This document shows positions 1 through 7,534 of a stretch of DNA of 19,909 nucleotides, in pieces. The first letter of the stretch is position 1; the number at the start of each line of letters is the position of its first letter. The stretch lies in assembly GCA_049510745.1 (NCBI GenBank), contig JBEKYR010000063.1, positions 1-19,909 on the forward strand, written 5' to 3'. Under the pieces are notes generated by a model. It saw nothing but the letters and a program-made list of their open reading frames with translations. It was not told the origin of the DNA and searched no databases. Source of the DNA: Verrucomicrobiota bacterium. Its GTDB lineage: Bacteria; Verrucomicrobiota; Verrucomicrobiia; Limisphaerales; Palsa-1400. The position numbers were made by a program, and so were the translations under genes.

Positions 1-2829
1 GCGCTTACGGGAAGCGGGATTCTTTCGGCCAACGGCGGGGCGGGACAACTCCCGTACGGGGGCGGCGGCGGCGGCGGCGTGGTGCGGGTGACCAGCACGA
101 CCAATCAGTTCACCGGCGCCATCTCAGCCCATGGGGGCGCCGGGGCGATGGCGGGCGGCGCGGGCGTGATTTACGAGCAACTGGTCCGGAACGCGGTTGT
201 GCAATTGCTTCTTGACAACGGGGGGATGTCCGGGACGAACACCCCGTTCTCGGGCGTGACGAGCGGACCGTACGACTTGACCATCAACAACGGCGCGATC
301 GCGGCGCTTCCCGGAACCTCGAGCACCAGCATAAGCAATCTGGTGGTCGGTTCCAACAGTTTTATGGTCAGCACCGGGAACCTTGTTTTCACCCTGGCCG
401 GCAACGCCACCATTCTGCCGACTGGCGGCATGGTCTTTGATGGCGACGGAAGTGGCAACAACAGCGGATCCGGCGCCGGCCGGGGCGCTGGCAGCGGTAG
501 CAGCGGCAGCGGCAGCGGCGGCGGCTACGGCGGCAATGGCGGCGCGTCGGCCAGCGGCGCGCCCGGCGGCGGCGCCTACGGTTACGCGAACACTCCCGAA
601 ATTGCAGGCAGCGGCGGGGGTAGTGTCACCTCGCCGAACGTAGGCGGACTGGGTGGTGGCGCCGTTAAGTTGACGGCCAAGGGAAGCCTGGCGCTGGGGG
701 GTAAAATCAGCGCCAACGGCACGGCGGGCGTCACGCAAGGCTGCGGTGGCGGCTCCGGCGGCAGTGTCTGGTTGCAGGTGGGAGCGCTCACCGGTGGCGG
801 CAGCATCACGGCCAACGGCGGCGCGGGCCAGGCGGCGGGCGGCGGCGGCGGCGGCGGCGGGCGCATCGCCGTGATTACTGTGAGCAATCTATTCACCGGC
901 GTGATGTCCGCGCAGGGGGGCGCGGGCTTTGCCAACGGCGGAGCGGGAACCGTTTATACCGCGCCCGACCTCCAAGGGGTCAATTCGCAATTGATTTATG
1001 ACAACGGCGGGTTGCGCGGCACGCTGACGGCGTTGCCGGCGCTTTCCGTGGGGGCCCTAAGAATTCAGAACGGAGCGGCCGCGGATTTTTCATCAAGTTC
1101 AATCGGGATCGAACGTCTCTCAATGACGATCGAAAGTCTCTTCATCGGGTCGAACAGCTTCCTGGTGCAAACCAATCCCACGCCGATGTATTTGACCATC
1201 TCCAGCAATGCCACCGTGCAGGCCGGCGGCGGCATGATTTTGGACGGAAGCGGCAACGGCGCGGGGGCGCTTGGTTCGGGCGCCAGCACGCTGTCGGGCT
1301 TGGGTTATATGACCGGCGGCGGCGGCGGCCACGGCGGCTGCGGCGGCAACGGCGAGAGCGGAGCGGCCGGAGGAAATGTCTATGATCAGTATTCAGGCCC
1401 GACCCTCTTGGGGAGCGGCGGCGGCGCCTACATCATCGCCGACAGCGCGCGAGGCGGCGGCGCTTTGCACCTGATCGTCAGCGGAACGTTGCAGATGGAT
1501 GGCCTTATTTCCGCCAACGGAGCCGTCCCCACCAGCGAAGCTGGGGGCGGCGGATCGGGCGGCAGCATTGACCTGAACGCCGGCATCCTGGCCGGGGCGG
1601 GAACCATTGAGGCCAACGGGGCTTCGGGCGATTTGCCCAACGGCGGCGGCGGCGGCGGCGGGCGAATTGCGCTGACGACCTCGACCAACCTGTTCACCGG
1701 CGCGCTCCAGGCGCGCGGCGGCCCGGGATTTGTCGCCGGCGGCGCGGGAACCGTTTATCTGATCGGGAAAAGACTCCCCAGTCCGAGCGCATTGATTATT
1801 GACAACGGCGGGTTGAGCGGAACCAATACGCCGGTTTCCGCGCCGTCGGTTGTGCCGATGTACTGGATACCCTATGACTTGACGGTTTCCGGGGCCGCCG
1901 TGGTGGTGCCGCAGAGCGGGTCCTCCAACATTACTGTTGAGAGTCTGCTGGTGGAGTCCAATGCCGTCCTCACCCATCCAAGCGCCGCCGGGAACGTCTA
2001 TTTTACGGTTATGAACAACGCCGTCGTGCAAAGCAACGCGGCGATTTGCGTGGATGGCCAGGGCTACAATGCCGGCGCACCCGGTCCGGGCGCGGGCACG
2101 ACCGCCACCAACGGCGTGGGCAGCGGCGGCGGCCACGGCGGGATGGGCGGGGCCGGAGCGTCCGGCGCGCCCGGCGGCGGCACGTATGATTCCGCGCAGC
2201 AGCCCACCCAGTGGGGCAGCGCCGGCGGCGTCTTCTCGGCGCTGGACCCGAACCTGTCCCAAGGCGGCGGCGCCATTGAGTTGACTGTCGGCGGGACCTT
2301 CACCGTCAACGGCAAAGTCAGCGCCAACGGCAACGCGGCGATCTTCCCGGGGGCGGGCGGCGGGGCCGGGGGCAGCATATTCTTGACAGTGGGCGTGCTG
2401 GCCGGCGACGGCGTCCTGAGCGCCAACGGCGGCGCGGGACACGGCCGGCTCGGCGGCGGCGGCGGCGGCGGGCGCATCGCCCTTTCATTTCAGACGAACC
2501 AATTCACCGGCACGACGACCGTTTCCGGGGGCGCGGGCTTTGCCGCCGGCCAAAGCGGCACGCTCTGGATTACGACCAATCTCGACGATCTGATCGTGAT
2601 CGCCGCGCCGCAGGTGCCGCTGTCCGCGGTGGAGGAGGTCCAGGGCGGCAACCTGATCCTGCAATGGAACGGGGTTGGCGGAGTCAACTGCCAGGCGCAA
2701 TCCTCAAGCGACCTGATCCACTGGCAGCCCTGCGGCAGCGTGATGGTGAGCAGCAACGGCCCGAACACCCTGGTCCTGCCGGTGGGGGCCGATCCTGGAA
2801 CGTTTTTCCGGCTTGTTCCCGTCCGGTAG
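1..2829 (+). CDS. Large glycine-rich modular secreted/surface protein, 5'-truncated by the window edge
   Basis: Frame 1 is open from base 1 (ALTGSGILSANGGAGQLPYGGGGGGG) into the listed 79..2829 ORF, so the real start lies upstream. Recurring modules DNGG..G...GGG(Y/H)GG.GG...P...GS.GG...GGGA..L...G.(I/V)SANG...GGG(S/A)GGS...GGGGGGRIA...N.FTG; DNGG codons at 214, 1000 and 1801. The C-terminus reads LQW...QSSSDLIHW...TFFRLVPVR. Confidence 0.85.
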   Translation, partial: ALTGSGILSANGGAGQLPYGGGGGGGVVRVTSTTNQFTGAISAHGGAGAMAGGAGVIYEQLVRNAVVQLLLDNGGMSGTNTPFSGVTSGPYDLTINNGAIAALPGTSSTSISNLVVGSNSFMVSTGNLVFTLAGNATILPTGGMVFDGDGSGNNSGSGAGRGAGSGSSGSGSGGGYGGNGGASASGAPGGGAYGYANTPEIAGSGGGSVTSPNVGGLGGGAVKLTAKGSLALGGKISANGTAGVTQGCGGGSGGSVWLQVGALTGGGSITANGGAGQAAGGGGGGGGRIAVITVSNLFTGVMSAQGGAGFANGGAGTVYTAPDLQGVNSQLIYDNGGLRGTLTALPALSVGALRIQNGAAADFSSSSIGIERLSMTIESLFIGSNSFLVQTNPTPMYLTISSNATVQAGGGMILDGSGNGAGALGSGASTLSGLGYMTGGGGGHGGCGGNGESGAAGGNVYDQYSGPTLLGSGGGAYIIADSARGGGALHLIVSGTLQMDGLISANGAVPTSEAGGGGSGGSIDLNAGILAGAGTIEANGASGDLPNGGGGGGGRIALTTSTNLFTGALQARGGPGFVAGGAGTVYLIGKRLPSPSALIIDNGGLSGTNTPVSAPSVVPMYWIPYDLTVSGAAVVVPQSGSSNITVESLLVESNAVLTHPSAAGNVYFTVMNNAVVQSNAAICVDGQGYNAGAPGPGAGTTATNGVGSGGGHGGMGGAGASGAPGGGTYDSAQQPTQWGSAGGVFSALDPNLSQGGGAIELTVGGTFTVNGKVSANGNAAIFPGAGGGAGGSIFLTVGVLAGDGVLSANGGAGHGRLGGGGGGGRIALSFQTNQFTGTTTVSGGAGFAAGQSGTLWITTNLDDLIVIAAPQVPLSAVEEVQGGNLILQWNGVGGVNCQAQSSSDLIHWQPCGSVMVSSNGPNTLVLPVGADPGTFFRLVPVR

Positions 2830-2894
2830 CCGTCGCGATTATGGCGACATCGCGGCGGCAGGGCGGGAACGGCCGGGATTTCCGGGCGCAACCA

Positions 2895-3148
2895 TTACGG
2901 CCATCTGCAGGTGATCGTGCCGAAAACGGAATGGGCGATAAAATTGTTGACTGATCCGCTGCCGGGTTCAGCGTAAGAGTCATACCCGTACTGCAATTTG
3001 GCGGTGACGTTTTTTCCAAAACGACGCTCCAGGCCAATCCGCGCCGCGTGCTGCCGGTCCTCGATGCCGGCCGGCAACCCGCCGGCGAGCGTGTTCTGGC
3101 CGTAATTGGCTTCCGAGAAGGAATAGCTGGCAAACAAGCTCGCCGTCT
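2895..3148 (-). pseudogene. 3' remnant of an outer-membrane beta-barrel gene (possibly MtrB/PioB-like)
   Basis: Alternating aromatic/polar beta-strands SLFASYSFSEANY, ARIGLERRF, VTAKLQYGYDSY and terminal HSVFGTITCRWP. The frame hits an upstream TGA at about 3177-3179 and has no signal peptide. Family assignment is recall, not a search result. Confidence 0.6.
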
Positions 3149-3346
3149 GCCGCCGACAACAACGTGAGCTACCTCTTCAGTTCGCGCACGGCGGCTCCAA
3201 ACGGCCCGCAATTGGTGATCACCGCGGTCCCGGAGCCGGGCAGCCTGGCGTTGGGGGTGACCGGGCTGGCCGCGCTTTTGCTCTGGCGGTTCAAAGGCTG
3301 TCCCGGGCGATGCATACCGCCCACTTCGGCGATACCCAATGAGTGA
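3149..3346 (+). pseudogene. 3' remnant of a PEP-CTERM exosortase-target protein gene
   Basis: AADNNVSYLFSSRTAAPNGPQLVITA-VPEPGS-LALGVTGLAALLLW-RFK is a VPEP motif plus TM helix plus basic residues. No N-terminal signal peptide; the upstream in-frame sequence is the antisense of the barrel remnant and stops at 3005-3007. Confidence 0.75.
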
Positions 3347-3519
3347 TGGGCAGACGTTGACGCGGGGCTGCCCTGGAGACCCGGCCCAACCGGAGAGTAA
3401 CCCGCGGGGTCCGCGCCCGCCAAACGCCGGGAGTGGATGAATTCCCGGCGCTCCAATGCAGGCGCGCCCCCCCAAAAAACGCTGGTTGTCGGCTCCTCAT
3501 GATGACAAAGAAGTCTTCT

Positions 3520-3548
3520 TTACGATGGACGACCGGCTGATTTGTTCC
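3520..3548 (-). promoter_or_regulatory. Putative ECF-sigma promoter facing left
   Basis: Minus strand reads GGAACAAATCAGCCGGTCGTCCATCGTAA (GGAAC-N17-ATCGTAA) and aligns without gaps to the plus-strand motif at 3620-3648. Confidence 0.55.
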
Positions 3549-3619
3549 ATAATGAGTCTGGCCTTTTTGGAGGCCGTTTGGGAAATTGCGTCAAATCATG
3601 CCCTTAATTGATTCGTGTC

Positions 3620-3648
3620 GGAACATATTGAAGGTTCGTGGCTCATAA
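3620..3648 (+). promoter_or_regulatory. Putative autoregulatory ECF-sigma promoter
   Basis: GGAACATATTGAAGGTTCGTGGCTCATAA (GGAAC-N17-CTCATAA), ending 12 nt before the sigma ATG at 3661. GGAAC is a typical ECF -35 element. Confidence 0.6.
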
Positions 3649-3660
3649 TTAGAGAGCTGT

Positions 3661-4185
3661 ATGCCAGGCCCGGATTTTGAAACGCTGGTGGCTGGCTATT
3701 ATGAGCCGCTTTACCGGTTCGCCATCAGTTTGACGCGCTCGGAAGCGGATGCCTGCGACCTGGCGCAGCAAACCTTTTATATCTGGGCGACCAAAGGCCA
3801 TCAATTGCGCGATCCGTCAAAAGTCAAATCCTGGCTCTTCACCACGCTGCATCGCGCCTTCCTCGAATCGCGCCGCACCGTGGCGCGCTTCCCCCATTCC
3901 GAGTTGACGGACTCGGATGCCGATCTGCCGGTCATCCTGCCGGAGGCGGCCCGCCAATTGGACGCGATGCAGGCGGTGGAGGCTTTGGGGCAGGTGGACG
4001 AGGTGTACCGCGCGCCGGTCGCGCTCTTCTACATGGAGGATTGTTCTTACAAGGAGATTGCCGAGATTCTGGAAGTGCCCATCGGCACCGTCAAGTCCCG
4101 CCTGGCCCGCGGATTGGCGCAACTCAAACACATCTTCGCCGGGAGCAGCCCGGCCCGGAACCCACAGGGAGGTCAACATGAATAA
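3661..4185 (+). CDS. RNA polymerase ECF (sigma-70 family, group 4) sigma factor
   Basis: 174 aa with region 2 (LYRFAISLTRSEADACDLAQQTF...SWLF) and region 4 (SYKEIAEILEVPIGTVKSRLARG). Confidence 0.95.
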   Translation: MPGPDFETLVAGYYEPLYRFAISLTRSEADACDLAQQTFYIWATKGHQLRDPSKVKSWLFTTLHRAFLESRRTVARFPHSELTDSDADLPVILPEAARQLDAMQAVEALGQVDEVYRAPVALFYMEDCSYKEIAEILEVPIGTVKSRLARGLAQLKHIFAGSSPARNPQGGQHE

Positions 4186-4936
4186 CCTGGAGGCCAGGGA
4201 AATCCTGGCGCTGTTCCGGCCGGGCACGGCTGACGAAAAGGACCCATTCTTCGACGAGGCCCGGCAACTGGCCAGGACCGACCCGGAGCTGGCCCACTGG
4301 TTCGACCAGCATTGCGAGGCTTATCTTGTCCTGCGCGGGAAATTTCAAGCCATCCCAATCCCACGCGGGTTGAAGGAGCAAATACTCTCCGAGCGAAAAA
4401 TCCACCGGCCGCTTTTCCAAAGGTATTGGGGTCCCCTCCTGGCGGCGGCCGCGGTGGTGGCGTTTTTGGCAGGCATTGCTTCGACCTTCTGGCCCGTCCA
4501 TGGCCTGACGGACCGCTATGCGGCCTATCGCAAACGCATGACCGAAACCGCGCTGCGCGGTTACTACATGGATTTGACGGCGACAGACCCGGTCCTGATC
4601 CGGAACTTCCTCAAGGAGAAAAATGCGCCGGCCGACTATTCCCTGCCTGCCGGGCTGAACGCGGCCGCCGTCGTCGGCTGTGTGGTTTCCAGTTGGCAAG
4701 GCAGCCCGGTTTCCATGATCTGTTTCAAATCCGGCCGTCCCCTTCCCCCCGGAGACCAAAGTGATCTCTGGCTTTTTGTGACCGACCGCCAGACCGTCGC
4801 CCACGCCCCTGCTCCCGGCGCCCCGGTGTTTGCCCGCGTGAACAAGGCGACCACGGCCAGTTGGTCCGACGACAAGAAGAACTATCTGTTGGCGGCGGTG
4901 GGTAACGAGGCGTTTCTCCGGAAATACCTTCAGTAA
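4178..4936 (+). CDS. Putative membrane-anchored anti-sigma factor (DUF3379-like)
   Basis: Start revised to ATG 4178: GGAGG at 4168-4172 and an 8-nt overlap with the sigma stop. Helical N-domain, one TM helix (WGPLLAAAAVVAFLAGIASTFWP), and a periplasmic domain with GCVVSSWQGSPVSMICF. Confidence 0.75.
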   Translation: MNNLEAREILALFRPGTADEKDPFFDEARQLARTDPELAHWFDQHCEAYLVLRGKFQAIPIPRGLKEQILSERKIHRPLFQRYWGPLLAAAAVVAFLAGIASTFWPVHGLTDRYAAYRKRMTETALRGYYMDLTATDPVLIRNFLKEKNAPADYSLPAGLNAAAVVGCVVSSWQGSPVSMICFKSGRPLPPGDQSDLWLFVTDRQTVAHAPAPGAPVFARVNKATTASWSDDKKNYLLAAVGNEAFLRKYLQ

Positions 4937-5790
4937 GGGCGGGGGCTTGGCGGCCCCAGGGGCACGCTCATGTGGGCGATGATCCAGTTGAAGTCGCGCG
5001 GGTCGTCCGAGACGTCGATGGGAAGCCCGGCGGCGTCGGGGGCCGGGGCCGGCATCGTGCTGGCGCATTTCCAAAGGTGCGTTTCGGCGTGCCCGTCAGC
5101 GAAGGAAAAAGCGGCCCCCCGATTGTGCCAGGAAGCCGGCAGCCGGATCCATTCCGGGTAATAACTGCGGTTGACAAAGTAGCCGTCCGAAATGCTGTCC
5201 GGGTGCTCGTCCAGAAAGACGAAGATGCGGCCGGGCGCGGGCATGGAGGTCAGCCTGAAGAATTGCGTGTATCCCGGATTATTGATATTGACTCCGGAAC
5301 TGGTGATTTCGCCCGCGTCCCCCACCGATGCATTCATGGAATAACTCCGCGCCCGGCTGCTCCAGCCCGCCGCCAGTTGCGGCGCGCTGAGCACCCAATC
5401 CGAAGGGCAGCGGTAGATCGCGGCCACTTTGGCGATATACGAGCCCAGGGCCGCTTCAGTCAGGTCGGCGAGGTTGGTGTTGTCGGCGGTCAACTCCCAG
5501 TCCAGCGTGCCAGCCGCCCAATTGAGGTTGGTGCGGGCGGCGGCGCCGCCCAGATTATAGGCCAGCCGTTGGGAATGGTCGTCGGCATACATCAGCCAGC
5601 CGGTCACCAGTTGCTTGTTGTTGTTCTGGCAGAACATCCCCCGCGCCTTGGCTTTGCTGCCGGCCAGCGCCGTCAGAATCAAACCGGCCAGAATGCCGAT
5701 GATGGCCAGCGCCACCAGCAGCTCCAGGAGGGTGAAACCACCGCGTGGCGCGGGCGTCATGGGTTGTGGCGGACGGATTCGGCCCTTCAT
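4930..5790 (-). CDS. Prepilin-type N-terminal cleavage/methylation protein with H-X9-DG domain
   Basis: RGG|FTLLELLVALAIIGILAGLIL class III signal, CQNNNKQL, YRCPSD, RSYSMN, DEHPDSISDG and H-NRGAAFSFA-DG. The start may instead be ATG 5760. Confidence 0.92.
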   Translation of the reverse strand: MKGRIRPPQPMTPAPRGGFTLLELLVALAIIGILAGLILTALAGSKAKARGMFCQNNNKQLVTGWLMYADDHSQRLAYNLGGAAARTNLNWAAGTLDWELTADNTNLADLTEAALGSYIAKVAAIYRCPSDWVLSAPQLAAGWSSRARSYSMNASVGDAGEITSSGVNINNPGYTQFFRLTSMPAPGRIFVFLDEHPDSISDGYFVNRSYYPEWIRLPASWHNRGAAFSFADGHAETHLWKCASTMPAPAPDAAGLPIDVSDDPRDFNWIIAHMSVPLGPPSPRPY

Positions 5791-5970
5791 CGCACTGATT
5801 AAGTTCAGTTTACCTTTACCATCAGACCCCGGAATTTTCCAATTCTATTTTTCCCCCCCGCCTCTGCCATTCAACCGGCGCCAGGAAGTCCGGCACGCGC
5901 GTCTTTTGCGCAAAATCGCGCCTCATTTTTATTCGTGAAATCTCAATTTGAGAAAGGAATTTTCACCGGC

Positions 5971-5999
5971 TTGCAATTGCATCGAACGTCGTTTACCGT
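5971..5999 (+). promoter_or_regulatory. Sigma70-like promoter of the TA operon with overlapping palindrome
   Basis: TTGCAA-N17-TACCGT. The perfect palindrome TGCAATTGCA (5972-5981) overlaps the -35, and ATG 6007 follows 7 nt after the -10. Confidence 0.5.
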
Positions 6000-6006
6000 T
6001 CAAGAC

Positions 6007-6204
6007 ATGAGCAGCAAAGCCCAAGCCGTCATCCAGGAATTCAATAGCTTGCCGCAAGTCGAACAGTTGGCCGTCTATGAAGCGATTGCCCGCAAGGTGA
6101 CCCCAGCGGATTACGGGCCGCTCTCAGATGAGGACCTGACCTCCATTGCCGCCGAAACCTTTGCGTTGCTGGACCAGGAGGAGAAGCGTGCCCAGTCGCG
6201 GTGA
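6007..6204 (+). CDS. Putative antitoxin (small acidic protein upstream of MazF)
   Basis: 65 aa from ATG 6007, acidic C-terminal half (DEDLTSIAAETFALLDQEE), overlaps the toxin start. Confidence 0.7.
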   Translation: MSSKAQAVIQEFNSLPQVEQLAVYEAIARKVTPADYGPLSDEDLTSIAAETFALLDQEEKRAQSR

Positions 6205-6496
6205 GGTTTGGCTGGTGGATTTAGGAATGATTCAAAAGGTTCGGCCCGCGCTGATTCTCAACCGGTCGTTTAAAGACACAGACCGCGCGTTGATCAGCGT
6301 GATTCCTCACACCACAACGTTGCGCGGTTCTGAATTCGAGATTCGAGTCAACGTCCCCTTTCTCCAACCCGGAGCCTTTCTGGTCCAAAATCCCATTACA
6401 ATTTCGGCAACGAAAGCCGAGCGATTCCTCGGTCGCTTGACAACCCAACAATTGGCATTGGTGGAAGCAGGCGTGCGCAACTGGCTTGGCCTGTAG
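6188..6496 (+). CDS. mazF: Type II toxin, PemK/MazF family endoribonuclease
   Basis: GTG at 6188 after GGAGGAG; RGEVWLVDL, KVRPALIL (catalytic Arg), VIPHTT (catalytic Thr), GRLTTQQLALVEAGVRNWLGL. Confidence 0.9.
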   Translation: MPSRGEVWLVDLGMIQKVRPALILNRSFKDTDRALISVIPHTTTLRGSEFEIRVNVPFLQPGAFLVQNPITISATKAERFLGRLTTQQLALVEAGVRNWLGL

Positions 6497-6612
6497 GCCG
6501 AAAGCGATTTTTCACGATCCGTTGGCCTTCTGGCGCCTTCTCCGATACGCGTTCCCGTCCTGGCATCCGGACATCTTTTCTGCGTGGATTCAGACCTGGA
6601 ATTTTTTCCGCC

Positions 6613-7533
6613 TCAATGTCGATTCGCGCACGGCGACAGAGGTGCGCTCAAGCTTTTGGCCCTGATTCCGGCAATCATCTTTTCCAGGTCCCGGCCGTAG
6701 CGGACAAAACTGTCAAATAGAACCTGGGCGTCCGCCTGGGCCGCGGGGCCGTGGAAAACGGCCGCGACGTGCGGTTCGATCGAGAAGCCCGCGTCGTAGC
6801 CGCGCGCCAGCGCGTCCGCCAGAATATCGCGCACCCGGCCCTGGCCCTGGCCGGGGTAGGTGTAGTCGCAATCATTTTTCGCCGGCGCGTAAATGGCGTC
6901 CTTGACGTGGATGTGGGCGACGTGATCGCGGATGTGCTCCCAGAATTCCCACGGGTCCTGGCGCGGCCACGGCCGGGGCTTGCTGCGGTCGGGATTGAAA
7001 ACGGGATTGCCGGTGTCGAAGACCCATTTCAGGCCGGGGCACTTTTCCAGCAGTTCCAAGCCGTGCCGCCAGCTCATGCCGCCGTAGTTCATGCAGTTCT
7101 CATGCACCGGCTGGAGGCCGGCGTCGCGGAACATCCTGGTCACTTCGCCGACGCGGCGGAAGACCTCGGGCGGCGTTTTGTCTTCCGTGTCCGCCGGCTT
7201 GTAACTCATGATGCGGACAAGTTTCGCGCCGAGCCGCTGCATGCGCGGGATGCAGCGCCGGACTTCGCCGAGCGTGATTTCAAACGGGTCGGAAATTTTT
7301 TTGGACCAGTTGGCGATGGCGGAGCCGAAACAATAAACGCCCACGCCCGCCGCCTGGAGCTGTTCGGCCGCCAGACCGAAGGCCCGGTCCGGGAGGTCGT
7401 GGAGATTGGCCTTGGCGAAGCCGGGGACTTCGACGGCGCGCATTTCCAACTGGCTCCAACCCAATTGGCGGGCGGCCTTGATCTGCGCGTCCAACGGGAC
7501 GCCCGCTTCGTCTCCAATGCCGGTGAGGATCAT
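6613..7533 (-). CDS. Sugar phosphate isomerase/epimerase (xylose isomerase-like TIM barrel)
   Basis: Metal-binding motifs HEN, FDTGN, HIHVKD and SIEPH; 1 nt downstream of the oxidoreductase gene. Confidence 0.88.
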   Translation of the reverse strand: MILTGIGDEAGVPLDAQIKAARQLGWSQLEMRAVEVPGFAKANLHDLPDRAFGLAAEQLQAAGVGVYCFGSAIANWSKKISDPFEITLGEVRRCIPRMQRLGAKLVRIMSYKPADTEDKTPPEVFRRVGEVTRMFRDAGLQPVHENCMNYGGMSWRHGLELLEKCPGLKWVFDTGNPVFNPDRSKPRPWPRQDPWEFWEHIRDHVAHIHVKDAIYAPAKNDCDYTYPGQGQGRVRDILADALARGYDAGFSIEPHVAAVFHGPAAQADAQVLFDSFVRYGRDLEKMIAGIRAKSLSAPLSPCANRH

Positions 7534-7534
7534 A

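Noticed and set aside
61..2470. (GGC)n tracts as phase-variation sites
   Set aside because: Trinucleotide units encode conserved polyglycine motifs; slippage would keep the frame.
3291..3500. 69-aa minus-strand ORF directly after the leftward ECF-like promoter
   Set aside because: Position is suggestive but there is no Shine-Dalgarno, signal peptide or recognisable motif, so it is not supportable as a gene.
3917..4177. N-terminal extension of the 339-aa ORF overlapping the sigma gene
   Set aside because: Arg/Pro-rich off-frame translation; the Shine-Dalgarno and coupling support the start at 4178.
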